Part shown: positions 49,294 to 63,720 of the stretch, in pieces | How the letters are laid out: every line of letters begins with the position of its first letter | How positions within the stretch are numbered: the first letter of the stretch is position 1 | Source: Raillietiella orientalis | Taxonomy: Eukaryota | Direction of reading: 5' to 3' | Assembly: GCA_036172245.1 (NCBI GenBank) | Contig: JAYWIR010000019.1 | Span: forward strand, 3,162,001 to 3,226,000 | DNA length: 64,000 bases | Position numbers and translations under genes: made by a program | Notes under the pieces: generated by a model | The model's input: only the letters and a program-made list of their open reading frames with translations | What the model was told of the DNA's origin: nothing | The model's database searches: none

Positions 49294-49803
49294 ACAATAA
49301 GCAGCCAAATGTGAGTAAAAGTATCCCTTCGTAGAGGGATTGCTACGTCGAAGAAAGTCTGGAAAGCATTTCCTCTCTCAAGCGGCTTGCTGGTAGAGCT
49401 TTGCTAAGGGAAAGGGCCAAACATAGGAAAAAAAGTAAAATAAAGGGAACGAACGCAAAAAAATTTTCCTTGAAAAAATAGGTGCGGAAGAAAGGGAACA
49501 GGGATTAACTCCCTAGCATCCTCATCGTCCATACCAGGATGCCGGCAAGTTCCTCCTTCTGCCGCTAGGGACGCGGCCACCCAATGGACCAAGGAGCATC
49601 GTGACCGTACAACGCTGTCGCTCGGGAGCTGGATGGCCTCTGTGAAACGCCCCAGCGCACTCGAATGTCAGGTGCATGCAGGAAGGCTCCCCGTTCGCTG
49701 CACCGTGGCACAGCCAAGAGCCACGTTTCTCCCCCCTACCCCCCGGTTCCAGAGGCGATGGCGGGTGCCACATGGAACAGCCCAATCAACAGTTGCGACG
49801 CCG
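48072..49803. repeat. Long inverted repeat pair (arms about 48072-48545 and 49455-49803)
   Basis: Arms align as reverse complements over about 350 nt, for example 48085-48099 with 49777-49791 (perfect) and the blocks GGCACCCGCC, GGGTGGCCGC and GGACGATGAGGA. The right arm lacks an internal segment. Confidence 0.85.
49252..49289. repeat. (AC)n microsatellite
   Basis: Directly visible. Confidence 0.95.
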
Positions 49804-52800
49804 AGCCCTGCGCATCCTTTGGGGTGGGCTGCGGGGGCGGATGCGCCAGCCAGTTTCGACTCTCGACTCGAACTGCGGAAAGATTCCTTCCCAGGACGAA
49901 GTCGACGTTCTTTTCCTGCTACCCCATGCTGCGATCCAATTCAGCGATGGGAAGCCCATTCGGGTCTGGAACACTTGAGGAAGACGATGCAGCACGTAAG
50001 TCGAGCTTCCGTGCGCTACCTACGAAGAGCGGCGCAAGCGGCACGGCAGTCTGCACACACACTGATCCTTCGAACTCTTTGTAGAGAACGCCTGAAGGCT
50101 TCGACCGGTCGTCTCCAGCAAGAGCCTTGAAACGCCAAGCCAGTTCTGCTGCTCGTTACGTGCCTCTCAGATGCGATGGGAACGCGGAGTCTCGACAAGA
50201 AAGCACTCCATGTTCCGGAGTTTTCTGACGCGAATCTTCCTTGGTATACGAGACGGAGGGACACTTTTGAAGCTGGAGTGTTTTTCGACTTGGCTTCTTA
50301 AGCGGGTCCACTGTTATCACAGAGCAGGTGATAACAGGTACAGAAGAGGTAGGCATGCCTGAGTGGTCTTTGGCTTATCAGAGCGAAGGCTACAATAATT
50401 TTATAGCAAGGACCTTTGCATTGGAAGCCTTGGATGCCCTCAGATTCCTTGACGGCTGGAAGCAAAGACTAGCTGGCGGTGCCAGCCGCTTGATCTTTGA
50501 TTTTCCTCCTCTGAAACTGTACCGAAAATGGAATCGGGGAATTTGCGATTGATCGCGAGAGGGAATGGAGGAATATGGCCACAACAATGCAGCCTCAGTT
50601 ATCAGTTTCAACATCTGAGGAGAGAGAGACAGATGAAGAGCATCTTAAAGAGCACACACTTGGATGTCAGAGTTCCCATTGGTTCAAACTCTCATCGTCA
50701 GGACGGGGGGTGTTGGGCACTGCTCAAGAAAGACCATGCATTTACCCTAGTTCAGAACCGAGCCCTCTGTGGTTTCTGCAGATCTCAGCTGGACTGGAGA
50801 GGTTAAAAGGATGATTTCCCTGCCTGAGGTGCGTCACGAGCCCTGAAGAAAAGCGGCGCTGGCTCTCCAGACCCCCCAATCTGAACGGTGCGTTTTGGAG
50901 AATGACCATTGGAAAACGGCCTTTCTTTGACGCTTGAACAGGAAATGACAAGGTTAGTAGATAATCGGGAAGAATGCTATGATTGCTTTGAGTTGTATGC
51001 CACCGTTTTCACTTAACTGTTCTTCGGGGAAAAAATTCCGTGGCACCTGAGAAAGAGTAATACAAGATTGGTGTTGCAATACGCATTAGTTCCCGGCTAG
51101 TGCTTCCATCCGGAAACTTCTGAAGTTTCCGCCGAGATACCGTTTAGTACTCTCCTTTAGGATTTTTCAGGTACAGTCTTGCAAAACCAAACGCTAAAGA
51201 GATCTAGATATATGGAAGAATAAAGCAGCAGTAGCGAATTGCAACCGATCTGAAGGAGAAAGGAAACGACTGAGACGGAAAAATCAATTCAGAACTGAAA
51301 GTTGATTCGTCAAACGAGATACGGGCTGGAAAAAAGGGAATCTGAAAATGGACCCAACAGTTTACGTGTGCTATTGGAAACCATGCCATCATTGGTGAGG
51401 AACCGCTGCGCTGCCCGGGACACGAAGAAAACACACTTCCACCTTTGTCAGCGCGAACCGATCGAGCAAAAAGAAATGTTATCGGAATTCCGCAGACGAC
51501 TGAAAAGATCTCCATGAGGCAACCGAATGCCCAGCATCCACCGGCACCGAGCAGAAGAAGTGTCGCCACTGCAAGAGAAGCTACACCGGAGACGATGGTG
51601 AAACGACTTGGGAAAGTTTTCGGGCCGAAAAGGATGCCCGAAACCGCACTGATGACAAGACGAAGAAACCACGCACGAGCCGGTCTTGGAATCATTAGAT
51701 GACATCAAAGAGAGTCTCGAAGTCGATCGGCACACAAAACCTGAGTGTCTCCGGAAAGCATGGATGGCAGCTGTGGCCAATAATACAGCGCTAAGGATCT
51801 TGGAGAAAGCATTTGCGTCCGAAAGCGGGTTCCGATTTTCTTCCTAAGAACTTCTTCAAGTCGTTTCATTGCCCCACTGAACAGCTGAAGGACGTATTCT
51901 TGGGTTGCCTGCGTGAAGAAGCGTTGGGTTCCCGCCATCCCATTCCCACTCTGCTTCGAAAATTACGTTCGGGAGTGGATTTCTAAGATCCCCGCAAGTG
52001 TGCTTGCTAGAGGGCGGATTCTGAAGTCCTCCAGCTGAAACATATTCCGTTCCCAGGAAACCGTCTTAATGATGGAGAAGACCTCCTGCGGTATTACAAC
52101 GCAATCGGCATAACAGCATCGAAGGACGAGAAACGAAAACATGGATGAGATGAACTCGACTCTCGGTCTGCTCAAGTAATGGCAAGATTTAGGGAAACGG
52201 TACATGGTGAATCGCTCAGCATCTCACCAAGCACGACAGTGCTGTGACTGCCGGGCATCATCGCGAATGCGCTCCTGCAAAAGTTTATGTGCTTTTCACC
52301 TGCAACTTATCAGACGTCAGCGTAGCTCCTCTTCTGGGAAAAAACGATTGCCGTTCTGGCGTTCACTGCGTTTTACCATTCTCGGTGGTCATCGTCCTTA
52401 CCATAGGAGCCTCCTACCTTCCCCGATGAGCAACCCACGAGGAAAGTATTCTTCACAGCTAGAGGAGAACGGCAGGCTTTTCCTTTCTGGCTCCCCTCCT
52501 GTCGGAGAATTTCCTCTCTCTCTTCCTTCTCTCTCCGTTTCCATTCCAATGGTCTTTCGCATCCCGGACTCTGTGTTTGAGAACCAGAGAATCCTGCCCG
52601 AACAAGGACGAGAAGCAGCCATCCACTTCTGCCGCTTTGTGGCTTCTTCCTCCTCCTCCTTGAGCATCTCGGAAAGAGCTCCCGTCCCTCAGGGCGTTTC
52701 CCTTCTTGTGCATTCGAAACGCCAGCTCTCACGCGGAGCCTCGTCCGCCTGCGACTCCACGTCCCAACGCTGGGCTTTGAACAGCATCCTTCCACTCCAG

Positions 52801-55800
52801 AGATCGATTTAGCACAGCGAAGCAAGCATGCATTGACCTTTACAGTGTGCTGGCATCCAGTCTCTCAGGTGACACCAGGATGCAACTCGAATACGCAGCT
52901 GCATGCAGATTGCTTTATGTCCAGCCCTTTTTTCTTTTTTTTTTTCCAGAGGCGCAAGACAGAACAGTCGCTATCAGGGAGGCACCTGTTTGGCTTTCAC
53001 TCATGCGGAAGTCGATGAGCCAGATCAAACATCAAAACCTGAGGAAGGAATTCTTTTGCTTATGGCATTTACCGTTGCTCTTGGAGCACATGATAGAAAC
53101 TGGAGGGGTGCTGCTGCTGCTGCTCTCTTGTTATATTACCAGAAGCTCTCTGGAAGTTGTTCTTGGTGACCTCGGCGAGCATCCTAGCCATTACTGGCTC
53201 GTGTGCATCTCTTGTACATCGGTTCCTCCCTCCCCCCTTCCTCGTCCCGGGAGACTCTTTGACATGACGGGATGGGCAAAAGCCCATGAAACTTGAAACA
53301 AGACATAGAGGAAAACCGAGACTCTCTCTGCTTGGAAAACTGGCAGCAGGAGTTTACCGACGACAAGCTTCGTTCCGTACTCGAAACCATCAGCATTTCT
53401 TGTCCAGCACCTGCCGAAAACCTCGTCCGTGCTTTCCAGTGGACCCTAAACCAATACCCTCCTTGTTTCCCCCACAGCGTTATTAATCAGCACGCCTACC
53501 ATCATCAACGTTGCCTGACCGATAGTCGTAATGCTTGAGTGCACAGGTAGTCACTAATGACTCTTTAAAGTCACTGGTTGTTCCTTTCCTCGACAGCTTC
53601 TGCATGCTGTAAATCCGCTAACATTCTTTCCTCCTTTTGCGCATGAAACTCGCTCGCCAGTGAACCGCCTTTTCCCAGAAAGGACAGATTCCCTTCCCCC
53701 TCCCCTCTCCCCCCGACTCCGAGTCTTGAATGTGTGTTTAAGAAATGTCTTCTTCGTTCGGTGCACACACCGCGTTCCCGTCACCTCTTGGCTCGCGGAG
53801 GCTGTGAGATCACCTCTTCCGAGCCCAGCAAACCATTAAATAGCCAGCGTTTTCCTGCCGTTTTTTGCGTGTGTCTTGTTGATTCTTTTTCCATTTCACT
53901 CCTTTACCTTTGGTTTGTTTTTATTCTCCACGTGTTGAAAATCGACTTTTTCGCAAGGAAAATCAAAAAGATTGGGAGTTTTTTATTTGTATTTATTTTT
54001 TTATTTATTTATTTATTTTTTCTTCAGAATTCGAACTCGGTGTCAGCGGTTGCCGAAGCGAGAAAAGAAAGGAGTCATTGGTGTTGATGCTGGAAACGCG
54101 TTCCTCCTCGGATAAAGCACTGACGCCGAAGTTGCTTCCTTTTTTTTTTTTTTTTTTTTCCTTCTTCTTCTCCCTGCTACCCACTCCTACGTGCGGAATA
54201 TCTTGCTCGCTGTCCTCACAAAGAATCTGAACACTTACAGAGTGCGGGACTCATGGCCACCTGAGGGGAAAATTCACTTTTTGCGACGCGCGTGCCGATG
54301 CCCACACAGCGGATCAGTCGAGATCCGGAACGATGCCAGCTGCATCCGAGCTCTCAGCGTTCTCGATCCTTCTTCGACAGAGGGCGGAGCACACCGTCGC
54401 GAAAACAGGAAAAGAAAAAAAAATTCGCCGCTTGCGAATTTCCGAGGATGCTCCCGATAAACCTCCCGGCATCTTTTTCCGCAGCCACCGGGAAACCTGG
54501 GATTTCGGATCTCTCTCTCTCTCTTTCTTTCTTTCTTTCCTTCCGTTTTTTCGCTCCGCGAGGCAGATGCCGTTTTGCGCAGCGATCTCGTTTCGCGCGT
54601 CCGGCTGCGCGTAGATCTGGAAAGCCGCAGCTTCCGACACGCGGCCGCGCATCCCAATTCTTGAGGCGCGATCCGGAGGCGCATCCGTTTCTTGCCGCCG
54701 GGAATCTGCCTCCTTCCTCTACGGGCGGTTTCGTTCCACGCTTCTCTCACAGATGCCACCTGCGCCTCTCTTGCGGACAATTTGCACGCTGTAGCGAAAA
54801 TTTTTCCCAAAGGCACAGTGTCGACAGCTACAGGCTGCTTGGCGTCTGGATTGATTGGTATCGGGAGAGGTGCGCACGACCTCAGGCTACAGATAACGCA
54901 GTCCTTGGCTATCCATTTATTTTTTCAGGAGCCGGTCTTCGTGGAACCAGGCAACGGATTCGCAAGGATATACGTTTCCCGCGGACACCGCGCGCGCGAC
55001 GGGCAGGGTAGATGGGTCCACCTTGATACTCCTGGAGTCAGGGAGAGACTTCGTCGGAGAGCCGGTCAGGCAAGGGGACTCCTCGAACGCGCGCTCCCTG
55101 AGAAGATCGGGACCGAGGTCACGAAGAAGCTGGAAGGGCAGGGCCTTTGTAGTCCTGCGACGTGATTCCCGCGCAGAGATGTGGGAGGCGAAGGGTTTCC
55201 AGGTGCTAAAGAAGCTCCGGGCAAGTGTCAGATGCCGGCGCACCCCGTCGCCCTCGCGATTTTCTCCTTCGCTCTCCGGAAGATCTCCGCTCGTCGCGTA
55301 GCAACAGCCTGAAATTGGCGGCGAAGAACCGGCGGAGCATCTCCCTTCTTGGTCAGTTGATTCCAGAGAAACGTGTTACGAGAGATTCTTCCGATTTCGG
55401 ACCTCCGCTTCTCTGCCCAACGCTCTTGAGGCTGCGAGAAGATGTGAGCCAGAACGCTCAGAGAGCGCGGCGCGGACCCCACTGACCTCGGACTCCTCAG
55501 GAAAAAGGGAGTCCCGAATGGCCCTCTAGGTGTTCGGCGGCTGGCCGGAGGGGAGGTAGAAAGAGCGACCCCACGCCCTCGGGAGAGAGAAGGAAGGTGT
55601 TTCTTCAGCACACGTGCTACAACCTGCTGTGTTGTCGCCTTCAGGGTGTGCACGACGCGGTCCGGTGCACACCGTCAACCTGAGAATTGGGTGGAACCAT
55701 CTGATTGGCTGCCGGGAGTGGCGAGCGCGCGCTTCTGGCAGCCTGCCCTTGCGACGGCGGCGGCTCCGAGCTGCGAGCCTCACTGGACCCCTCACGGCTG

Positions 55801-58800
55801 GTGAGCGTTTCCGGGAGCCGTCCAGGACTCGCAGTTTGGTCGACACGCGGGATGGGGGCCAGGAGTATTTTCGTGGTCCATCCTCGTTCGGCAGAGACCG
55901 GAGCCATCAGCGCCACTCCTCAAAGTGGGAAGAGTCTCTTCGTTTCCACGCCAGAGTTCCTCCTTGAAGCGACCCTCGTTTGGTAGCAGAGGCTTCTTCT
56001 ACTGCTGCTGCTTGCATTCCTTGAGCGAGAACGAAGACATCCGAAAGACCCGATTTCGCGGGAGCAATAGAGGAGAAGGCAAGAAGAAGCAGCCGCACCC
56101 CAATTCAACGCTCTCTTGTCTCTGCTGGCAACCTTCCGGGACCGTTCTGGATTCCTCTTACCGCTCTGGCAGACCTCTCTCCGTCGAGTCCGTAGCCGGA
56201 ATAGGGTGCAGACGGGCGTTCCCAGATGGCGCTTTTGCTCGGTGCACATCCTGCAGGAGACAGAGTGCCTGAAGGGCTTCGCCCAGCACCTTCGCGTGCC
56301 TCCAGCAAGCTCGGGAAAGGAAGTGGACATGTGGGGTGGCCCACGGAGACCACCTATGAGTCCAAGAAAACCTCTTCGGTACTCGAGAGATGCCTGCCGA
56401 GGTCTCGAGCGATCAGGCGCTAGTCCAGCACCGTCGTCAAGAGAGCGAGGGGGGGGGGTCTCGGGCGGGAAAACTCCACATGCTCATGCGTTGCCAGTCG
56501 AGAACTGCCGACCCGCGAAACCGACGTGCAGTCCCGCCGTTCCTCAGCCCCGGATACTCACAGTCACTAAGCGCAGCTCCATCGTCAAAAGGATCGGCCG
56601 AAGTCGCCTGCCATTCCAGAGCGCGGTGCCGTCGCAGCAGGAGCCGAGGGTGCTCGTTCCCGTGGGCTAGAAACATCTGAAGTCGGAGACCAGGCAGCAG
56701 TTCAAGGAAAGTCTCGAAGAAAACAGAACAAGGGTGTAGGGGAGCTGGGGACCACTTTCTCCTGTTGGTTCAGATCGTGAGCAATTAGTTCGTTCATACA
56801 AAGCCCAAGGGAACCTTCCCACAAAGGTCACTGCGCCATTCCTATAAGATTCGTTCTTTTTTCTTCTTTCCTATTCTCTCCTCTCCTTTCTTTCTTCGTT
56901 CATCTTCCTCCACTTCTCTTCCTTCTCTCTTTTTCCTCCACTACCCTTTCGTCTCTCTCCTTCCTCCACTGCCCTTCCAGCTCTCTCCTTCGTCCACTGC
57001 TCTTCCTTCTCTCTAGAATCAGGAGAGCAAAGGGGAAACGGGGGTGGGTGGACACCCTCGGCGAGGTCGCGCGCCCTCTCGGCTGTGCGTCCCCGGCGCC
57101 CGAGCGTGCAAAGCACAAAATTCCTGGCTTTCGAGGAGAGCGTGGTTCGTACTCCTCCGGATCTGCATCTGCCAGCAGCCTCCGAGACGTTCCTCCCGCC
57201 TCCCGGTCCTGGCCGCACCTTCGTGGAGGATGGGCGTGTACACCTCTCGGGGCGGCACCGAAGACCGAGCAGCAGCTCCGGCTGCTGCTTAGCAACTACT
57301 CTCCTCTCCTTCCAGCCCGCGCTTCTTCCGTTCCGGAGTAACGTCCGTTCCTCTTCCCTCCCTCGCCGCTCTCACCATGGAAATGCATTAGATACCTTCC
57401 TCTCCCGAGCCTCCGTTTGCTGTAGCGATGGTACCGGGGAGGCGGAGGAGGGTCAGTGGAATTTTCCCTGCCCCTTGGGCGCCCGTCGGCGCGGGTGACT
57501 AAGCGACTACCCTGATGGAGGAGCAGCCTCCTGTGGAAACGTCCCTTCCTCTTTCGGACTGGTGGGATAAGTTTTCCCGGATTCTCCACATGGCGGCTTT
57601 GAGGTCGCCGATAGGAGAGGAGATGGAATGGACGATGGAATGGAGGCGCCGCCTGCCAGGCGGCCCGGGCGTGCTGCGCCCGCGGGGATTCTCCCAGCGC
57701 GTCGCAGAGGGAGAGGGAAGGGAAAGGAAGGGAGGAGGCGCGCAGGAGAAGATCGCACGCGGCGCGCCTGCTGCTGTCTCTCCTCATCCTCCTCTCCCAC
57801 TCGCGCATTTGGCGCCACCCGATTCCCGCGGTATCCGGGAGACGGGCCCTCCGCTGCCGGCTCCTCCTGCTCCCCTCCTCCTACCTTTGGGACGTCACGG
57901 TGCGTGCGCACGCGCACGCGCGCACGCGAGACCGAGTGCTGCCGTTCGAGGCCCGCAGTCACCGGAACGCATGACGCGGATGCGCAGCATCCGTACGCGC
58001 GCAAGGAATGCTTCGCTAGTCGGGATCCGGGCTCAGAGATGAGCAGGGCAGGGCAGGAGGGTGGAGGAGGAGGAGGAGGGGGAGCAAGGGATTTTGCAAC
58101 CCGCCGCTTACCCGGATAAGCGCATTGCGTCACGCCAGATTCGTATCCAGGCACACGAGGAAACTGGAGATAACACGTGGCGTGCCTTCCCGGTTTGCGC
58201 TCTCGTGCACGCGCGCCTCCTATGGCTGCAGGTCGGGGGAGGACGGTAGGATGGCGGCATCACGCGTTTGGGAATTCCACCGCCATCCCTGAACCTGGCG
58301 CGCGGACTGCCCCTCCTCTTAGGGGGGGAGGACGCGGTTTCCCTTCCTTTTCCTTTCATCCGAAGTCGCTGCTGGCGCTGCCTGTCGGTAGGTCGAAGCT
58401 TCCCTCACTTCCCCTCAGATGGCAGATGCTTCCTACGGGGGTCCTCCCTTCCCCCATCCTCTGGGAGAGGGGGAATGGGATTGACGCCCCTATTCTTTCC
58501 CCGCACTTCTCCAGACACTGAATGAGAAAGGCAAGCGTGTCCGCTGCGTACCGATTCTGCACACTTGGCGTTCTGCTTCAACGTCACGACTGTTCCTGAA
58601 GGCGATCCTTCCGTTGCTCTCAGATCTTTCCTCCTCCTCCTCTATTCCCTATCCCCCCTCCCATTGCCTTGTTTGTTTCTCTTCCCTTTCCCAGTTTCTC
58701 CAACGTGAGGGTTTCTAAAGTCTCACGTCTGCGGCAACCAAGTGTCGGCTGCGAAACGTGTCCGCGAGCACGCACTCGTCGGGACCGAGGAAGCTTCGGT

Positions 58801-61800
58801 CGCCTCCCGCCGGATGGCGCGCGTGTCTCTCCTTGTGCTATTGCGCGACACCGCGCCTGCTGTCCTGCCCCCCAAAAAACTCTAGGAGGTGGATGGAGGT
58901 CGTATGTGGAGAAAGCCGCTTCTCCCCCCTGCCTGATGGCTGCCCAGCCTCTCGCCGCGATTCCTTTTTTTTCCGCTTCCCCCAGTTCGGTGTCCCCGTC
59001 GGATTTCCTTCCCGCCGCCACTCCTCGTCGGTCCACCGCAGAGCTGCCGCGCGGCGATGACTCGTGGGCTCTGCCGTATCGAAAATCCATGGGACGGGAG
59101 AGATGCGAGGGCGCGCCACGCAGGCGGTGCTCCGTGCGAGAAGCGGCGGCGGAAGAAACCCAGCGCCTCGCACCAAACGACGAGGGTTCATCACCTGGGA
59201 ACCGCAGCTTCCGAGCAGCACGTGGCAGCATATTAAGGACGTCTGAAGGCAAAACCTCCGATTTGCGTCACCGCGCATTCTTTCCCAACGGGGAACCGTG
59301 CTCCTTTGATTCCCCCTCCCCTTCTATTTTTATTTTTATTTTTGTCTGTTTTTGTTTTTGTTTTTTTTTTCTGCTGCATTCTCCGCCTCACCCCCCCCCC
59401 CCACTTCTTCCTCCTCCCCCTCCTCCTTTTAGCTGACGAACGTTCCAAATGCTCGGCTTCCATCACGAAATACTTGGAAAGGGAAAACATGGGTGCACTC
59501 TTCGGCGGAGCAAGCTCCGAGAAGACCATCCGTTTCTCATCGTCTCCTGTTTTTATTTTATTTTGTTCTCTCTCTCCCTAGAGAGAGATGAGATGCTCCA
59601 CAGCAGCGGAAGTCAGCGAAACCGCACATTCGAGGAACACGTACGATGCAACGCAACGCGATCATCGCAGCGAGCGCATCACAGATCTCTGCAAGAGAAA
59701 ACTTATGGAGGCTTTGGCCATCATCGGCTCCTTGCTCCGCGATCGTAAAAGCCACACACCATAAGCATTTCCATGGAAACTACCGAGTCAAGCGAGAAGG
59801 AAAGGAGGGGGCGGAGGAACACAAAAAAGAGAGAGAAAGAGAGAAAGAAAATAAAAAAGCATTCCGAGTAGCCTGTTCTCCGAGAACGCGCAGGAGCCAT
59901 GGTGATTGGATGCTTAGGCCGTCCCTGCAGCACCGGGAGGTACCTGTTTCGCTTTTGTTTACCGCCTGCATCTCGCTCTTGAAGAGAAGATCTCTCTCGT
60001 GGCAGGGACTGAGGCAATCCAGGCTGGAGGGTGCGCGCGCGTCGCTTCCAAGCTCCGCCCTCGTAATCTTCCCGAGTGGAGCTTGGAGAAACCCAAGGTC
60101 CACCGTCATTGTCATCGAAACTTACCGTCCGCATCCCACTGCCCTGACGGGCTTTCCGTGGACGCTAGCGGGTGGTTCAAGATGGCCGCGGTTTCTTAAC
60201 GGATGCGGATCGCAGAAGAGACCCCGTGCAAGTCGCCAGCAGCGATGGTCTCAGTCGGAAGGCCTCAAACGATTCGCCGGTGCCGAAGACCACGCAAGAA
60301 CGTGACAGCCAAGATAGGAATTCGTGAAATTCCACGAGATCGAAACACGGTCGCCGGACAGACGACGACCTGCCTCCCCCGGACCGGCAGCCGAACGTGC
60401 ATCCGAGACACACGGAGAGAGAGCGAGGGACACGCGCGCTAGGCTCAGTCACGTTACTCCTCGATCGTGAAGACCCAGCCCTCGCGCTCGATGACGTAGG
60501 CGAGCGGAAAGCGTGCGACCGGCGAGGAACAGCAACAGGCCCTAGAAGGAGCTGGAACGAGAAACTTCCGCCCGCACCGCGCTTTGGGGTTTCCAAGCCG
60601 TCGGGTCTCGTGACCGTGCCGCGGAAAGCTCTCCCGACCGCCCCCAGAAGGAAGGCTTGCGGAGTCTGTCCGCCTCTCCTCCCGCTTCCCGATGGCCGGC
60701 AACCGGATGGCCCCGAAGCAGACGGTGGGTTGCGCAGTCGAAGCGATGAGCGTCCGCAAGGGAAGCGCGGAGCCCTAGGGGACCGATGCGACGGTTCCTC
60801 TTCCTTCGGGCAGGCGGAGCCAGTTTCCTTGGTCACTTCCTGCCCTGCCCCCTCCCGCCACTCACACGGAAGTAACGCGCAAACGTCGCGTGTGTCGCCT
60901 GCCAGGGGAAGGTAGGAGGGGGGAGCCCAGTTGTTTTCGTAGTCGCCCGTTCTCTTTGGATCTCCTTCAGCTGCCCGCGACCTCGCTTCGCGTCGTGCTT
61001 AGGTGATGGAAAGACAATCAGCGACCGTCGCCTCGAAAGGGGATTTTCTGGGAACGACTCGCGGAGGACTGTGCCGCTCTCAGAGTCGATCGGAAATCCC
61101 TTCCTTTCCTGTCGGGAATAGGATCTCCGCCGTCGGCCACCCGGTGCTCTCTCCCCATTCAAAAACTGAGATGGAAGCCCACCCACCCCCGCTCCCTTCG
61201 CTTTCGACCAGAGCAGCACCTGTGCCCACTTCGAGAGCAAACTTCGGCTGCTCCCACCGACGGACCGAAGAGAGAAGGTCGCGGTTTCTTCATCACCGCT
61301 GGTCGCACGTTCCAGGGTCCAGGTCGCCGGAATGAAGAGGCCGGCAGCAAGAAGGTCACTTCAGAAGCTCTCGGCTTCCTCGGATGGTGGGAGCAGGAAA
61401 GCTACCTCCAAGGGATTCGGCTGCTGCAATCGCCAGCGGATGTCACCAGAGAATCTTTCGAGAGGACAAACCGTTCAAGAGTGCCGAACAGTCGAACGCG
61501 TGGTGGACCAAACAAGAAGAGATGGGGAATTTCTTCTTCTTCTTCCTTTTTTTTTTTTTTTTTTTTGAAGATTTTCAGGCGTGCGATGGACTGTTGAAAT
61601 CATCCGGAAGTAAAACGACACGGAAGAGATGATCTCTGAAAGTCAAGATTCAAATCTGAGGATAAGGAGGAAGTCGCAGACATGGGCCTAATGGGAAAAG
61701 AGCGATTGTAGGGGAACGGGGATCAGAAGATGAAGGAATCCGGGAAGTAAAGAACACTTTTTGAATTCGGTGCAGCTAGAGGACACGGAATTGCAAAGGA

Positions 61801-63299
61801 CGTTCTTGTACTCACGGCCTCAGCGCCGCCCTTCGGCGGGAACGCGCATCACACACGCTTCCTCCTCCTCTTCCTTCTTCTCTTTCTCCTTTTCCGAGTA
61901 TCCACACCTTCGAGCGGGCGCTCTTCTTCTCCGAAGGAACCACTGCTCCCACCTCCTCGTGTTCCCTCCCTTCCTACGCGCGTCGTTCCCGAGTGCCGTC
62001 ACCGCCGCCACCGCCCCTTGCGACGCAGCCCGGCGCCGTTTCCGAACGCCGAGCGGGTGGCGCTCGCGCCGTATCCAGGTGCTGGGCCGTCTTCTCCGAG
62101 AGCCGCGAGGCGCATGCGCGGGGCGAGTTTCCTCGAGAGCGCGCGAGCCTCGCGGCTCTCCCAGCGCCACCTCTCCTACCGGGATGGCGCGTCACGGACG
62201 GACCACCACCACCACTACCTCGGAAAGCGTCGGCGACTTTTCGAACCACGATCCGGACCACCTTCGAAGCATCAGCTGGACAAGTGGATCTCTGGTCTCT
62301 CCGCGTTAGTTCGGGGCGTACCTCGGGGAAAGGAGGAAGGACAGGATTCCGGAAACTCCTCGCTTTCGAATGCCCGGTCCCCAGGATGCGAGGGTCAGAA
62401 GGTTCCCGGACAGCGAGCCGCGCCGCCGGACCACGGCGACATCCAATGGAGATGCAGTGTGAGCTCAGCCTTCGAATCCCGTCGGTGTCCCCGGCAGAGG
62501 TCTTCCTGAACGCTCCTCGAGGGCGTCGGGGAACCGGATCGGATTGCCGGAAGGGTCCGCAGTGGTCACGCGGCGAGAATTCGAGGAGCTGCCTTCCCGA
62601 TGGCCAAATCCGCCTAGCATGGAGATGGACCGCCGCCGCCTTTCCCAACCGGAACGCTCCCGTGGCACTCGCGGTGGCGGAGCGCCGAACGCGCGCTCGG
62701 GACGTTCGCGCGGAAACCACTCCATCGTCAGGGAACCTGATCCCGGAGCATTCCGGATCAGAAGCATCGTCATTCGTGCTCTGTGCCGGCTGGCAGAACC
62801 TCGATCCCGAGGCGAGCGGCACTTCGTGAGCTGAGGGAAGCTACCCAGAAGCAAAAGGTGGCTCCTGAAGCATTCGGAAATCGCCTGCCCGACTGGCAGT
62901 CGAAGGGAACATCCAAGTCGCTCAGGCTTCCCAGATGAAACGAACGCTGGATTATCCAGCGGCACGGATCTGCAAGCGATCCTTGGAAACCAAACTCGCG
63001 GCGATGCTGTGAGAGGATGGACCCTCTTTGCATGCGGATCGAGAAAAAGAGTGGAAAAAAGAATGGAGAGAGGAATGAGCAATGGAAGAACAAGAAGCAC
63101 GAAGAAGAGAGCTGGAGGAGCAACAGGGCAGGATGAACGAAGGGAAGCGGTGGAGGAAAAAGAAAGAAAGAGAGATGGAAGGGCAACGGAGGAAGATGAA
63201 CGCAAGGAATAGGAATGGCGTCCCCCGCCATTCTCCCTGACCTCTTGGAAATTCATTTTCCTGGTAGCGTCAGTCGAGTGCTTCTTGCACTCAGACCGT

Positions 63300-63720
63300 C
63301 TCCTGATACATAACAAACAGTCCTTCATCCCCCTTCCTTGTGCTCGGTATCCACAAACTACGAATAGATTTCTCTGTGGCAAAGACATGAAGCGAGAATC
63401 CTCATTCATCGGTGTACTGCCCATAAAAATAATGGGCACTTTTCAATTTGCAACAATCGTAACTCTTCCTGACCTCCCTCTAACATCCCCACACCTCTTC
63501 TACTGAAGAACCACTCTTCAATACCGCCCTCCTTTTAAGATCAGACATCTCAGCTATATGAACGAAACGATAAAAAAAAATTTTTTGTTCCCTCACCACA
63601 CTTCCCCTACACTTTACTATTGCCACCGTCCCCCTACTCATCGTAACCCAACAGTATTCTACACCTAAATTATGCATTGCAGATTCTATCTTTGGTTCCA
63701 CATTCTTTGTTGCCACAAGG
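63300..63720 (-). mobile_element. Possible decayed LINE apurinic-endonuclease fragment
   Basis: VEYCWVTM followed, in another frame, by VPIIFMG (P.II.GDFN-like). Lower-GC block within GC-rich flanks. Confidence 0.22.

Noticed and set aside
51963..53540. YADC (YADD-like) on the minus strand and a WQQE..KLR segment on the plus strand suggesting LINE relics
   Set aside because: Isolated short motifs on opposite strands, not enough to support a call.
54963..54971. AT-AC type donor motif ATATCCTTG on the minus strand (also ATATCCTTT on the plus strand near 41044)
   Set aside because: No associated exon or plausible partner acceptor, so probably chance.
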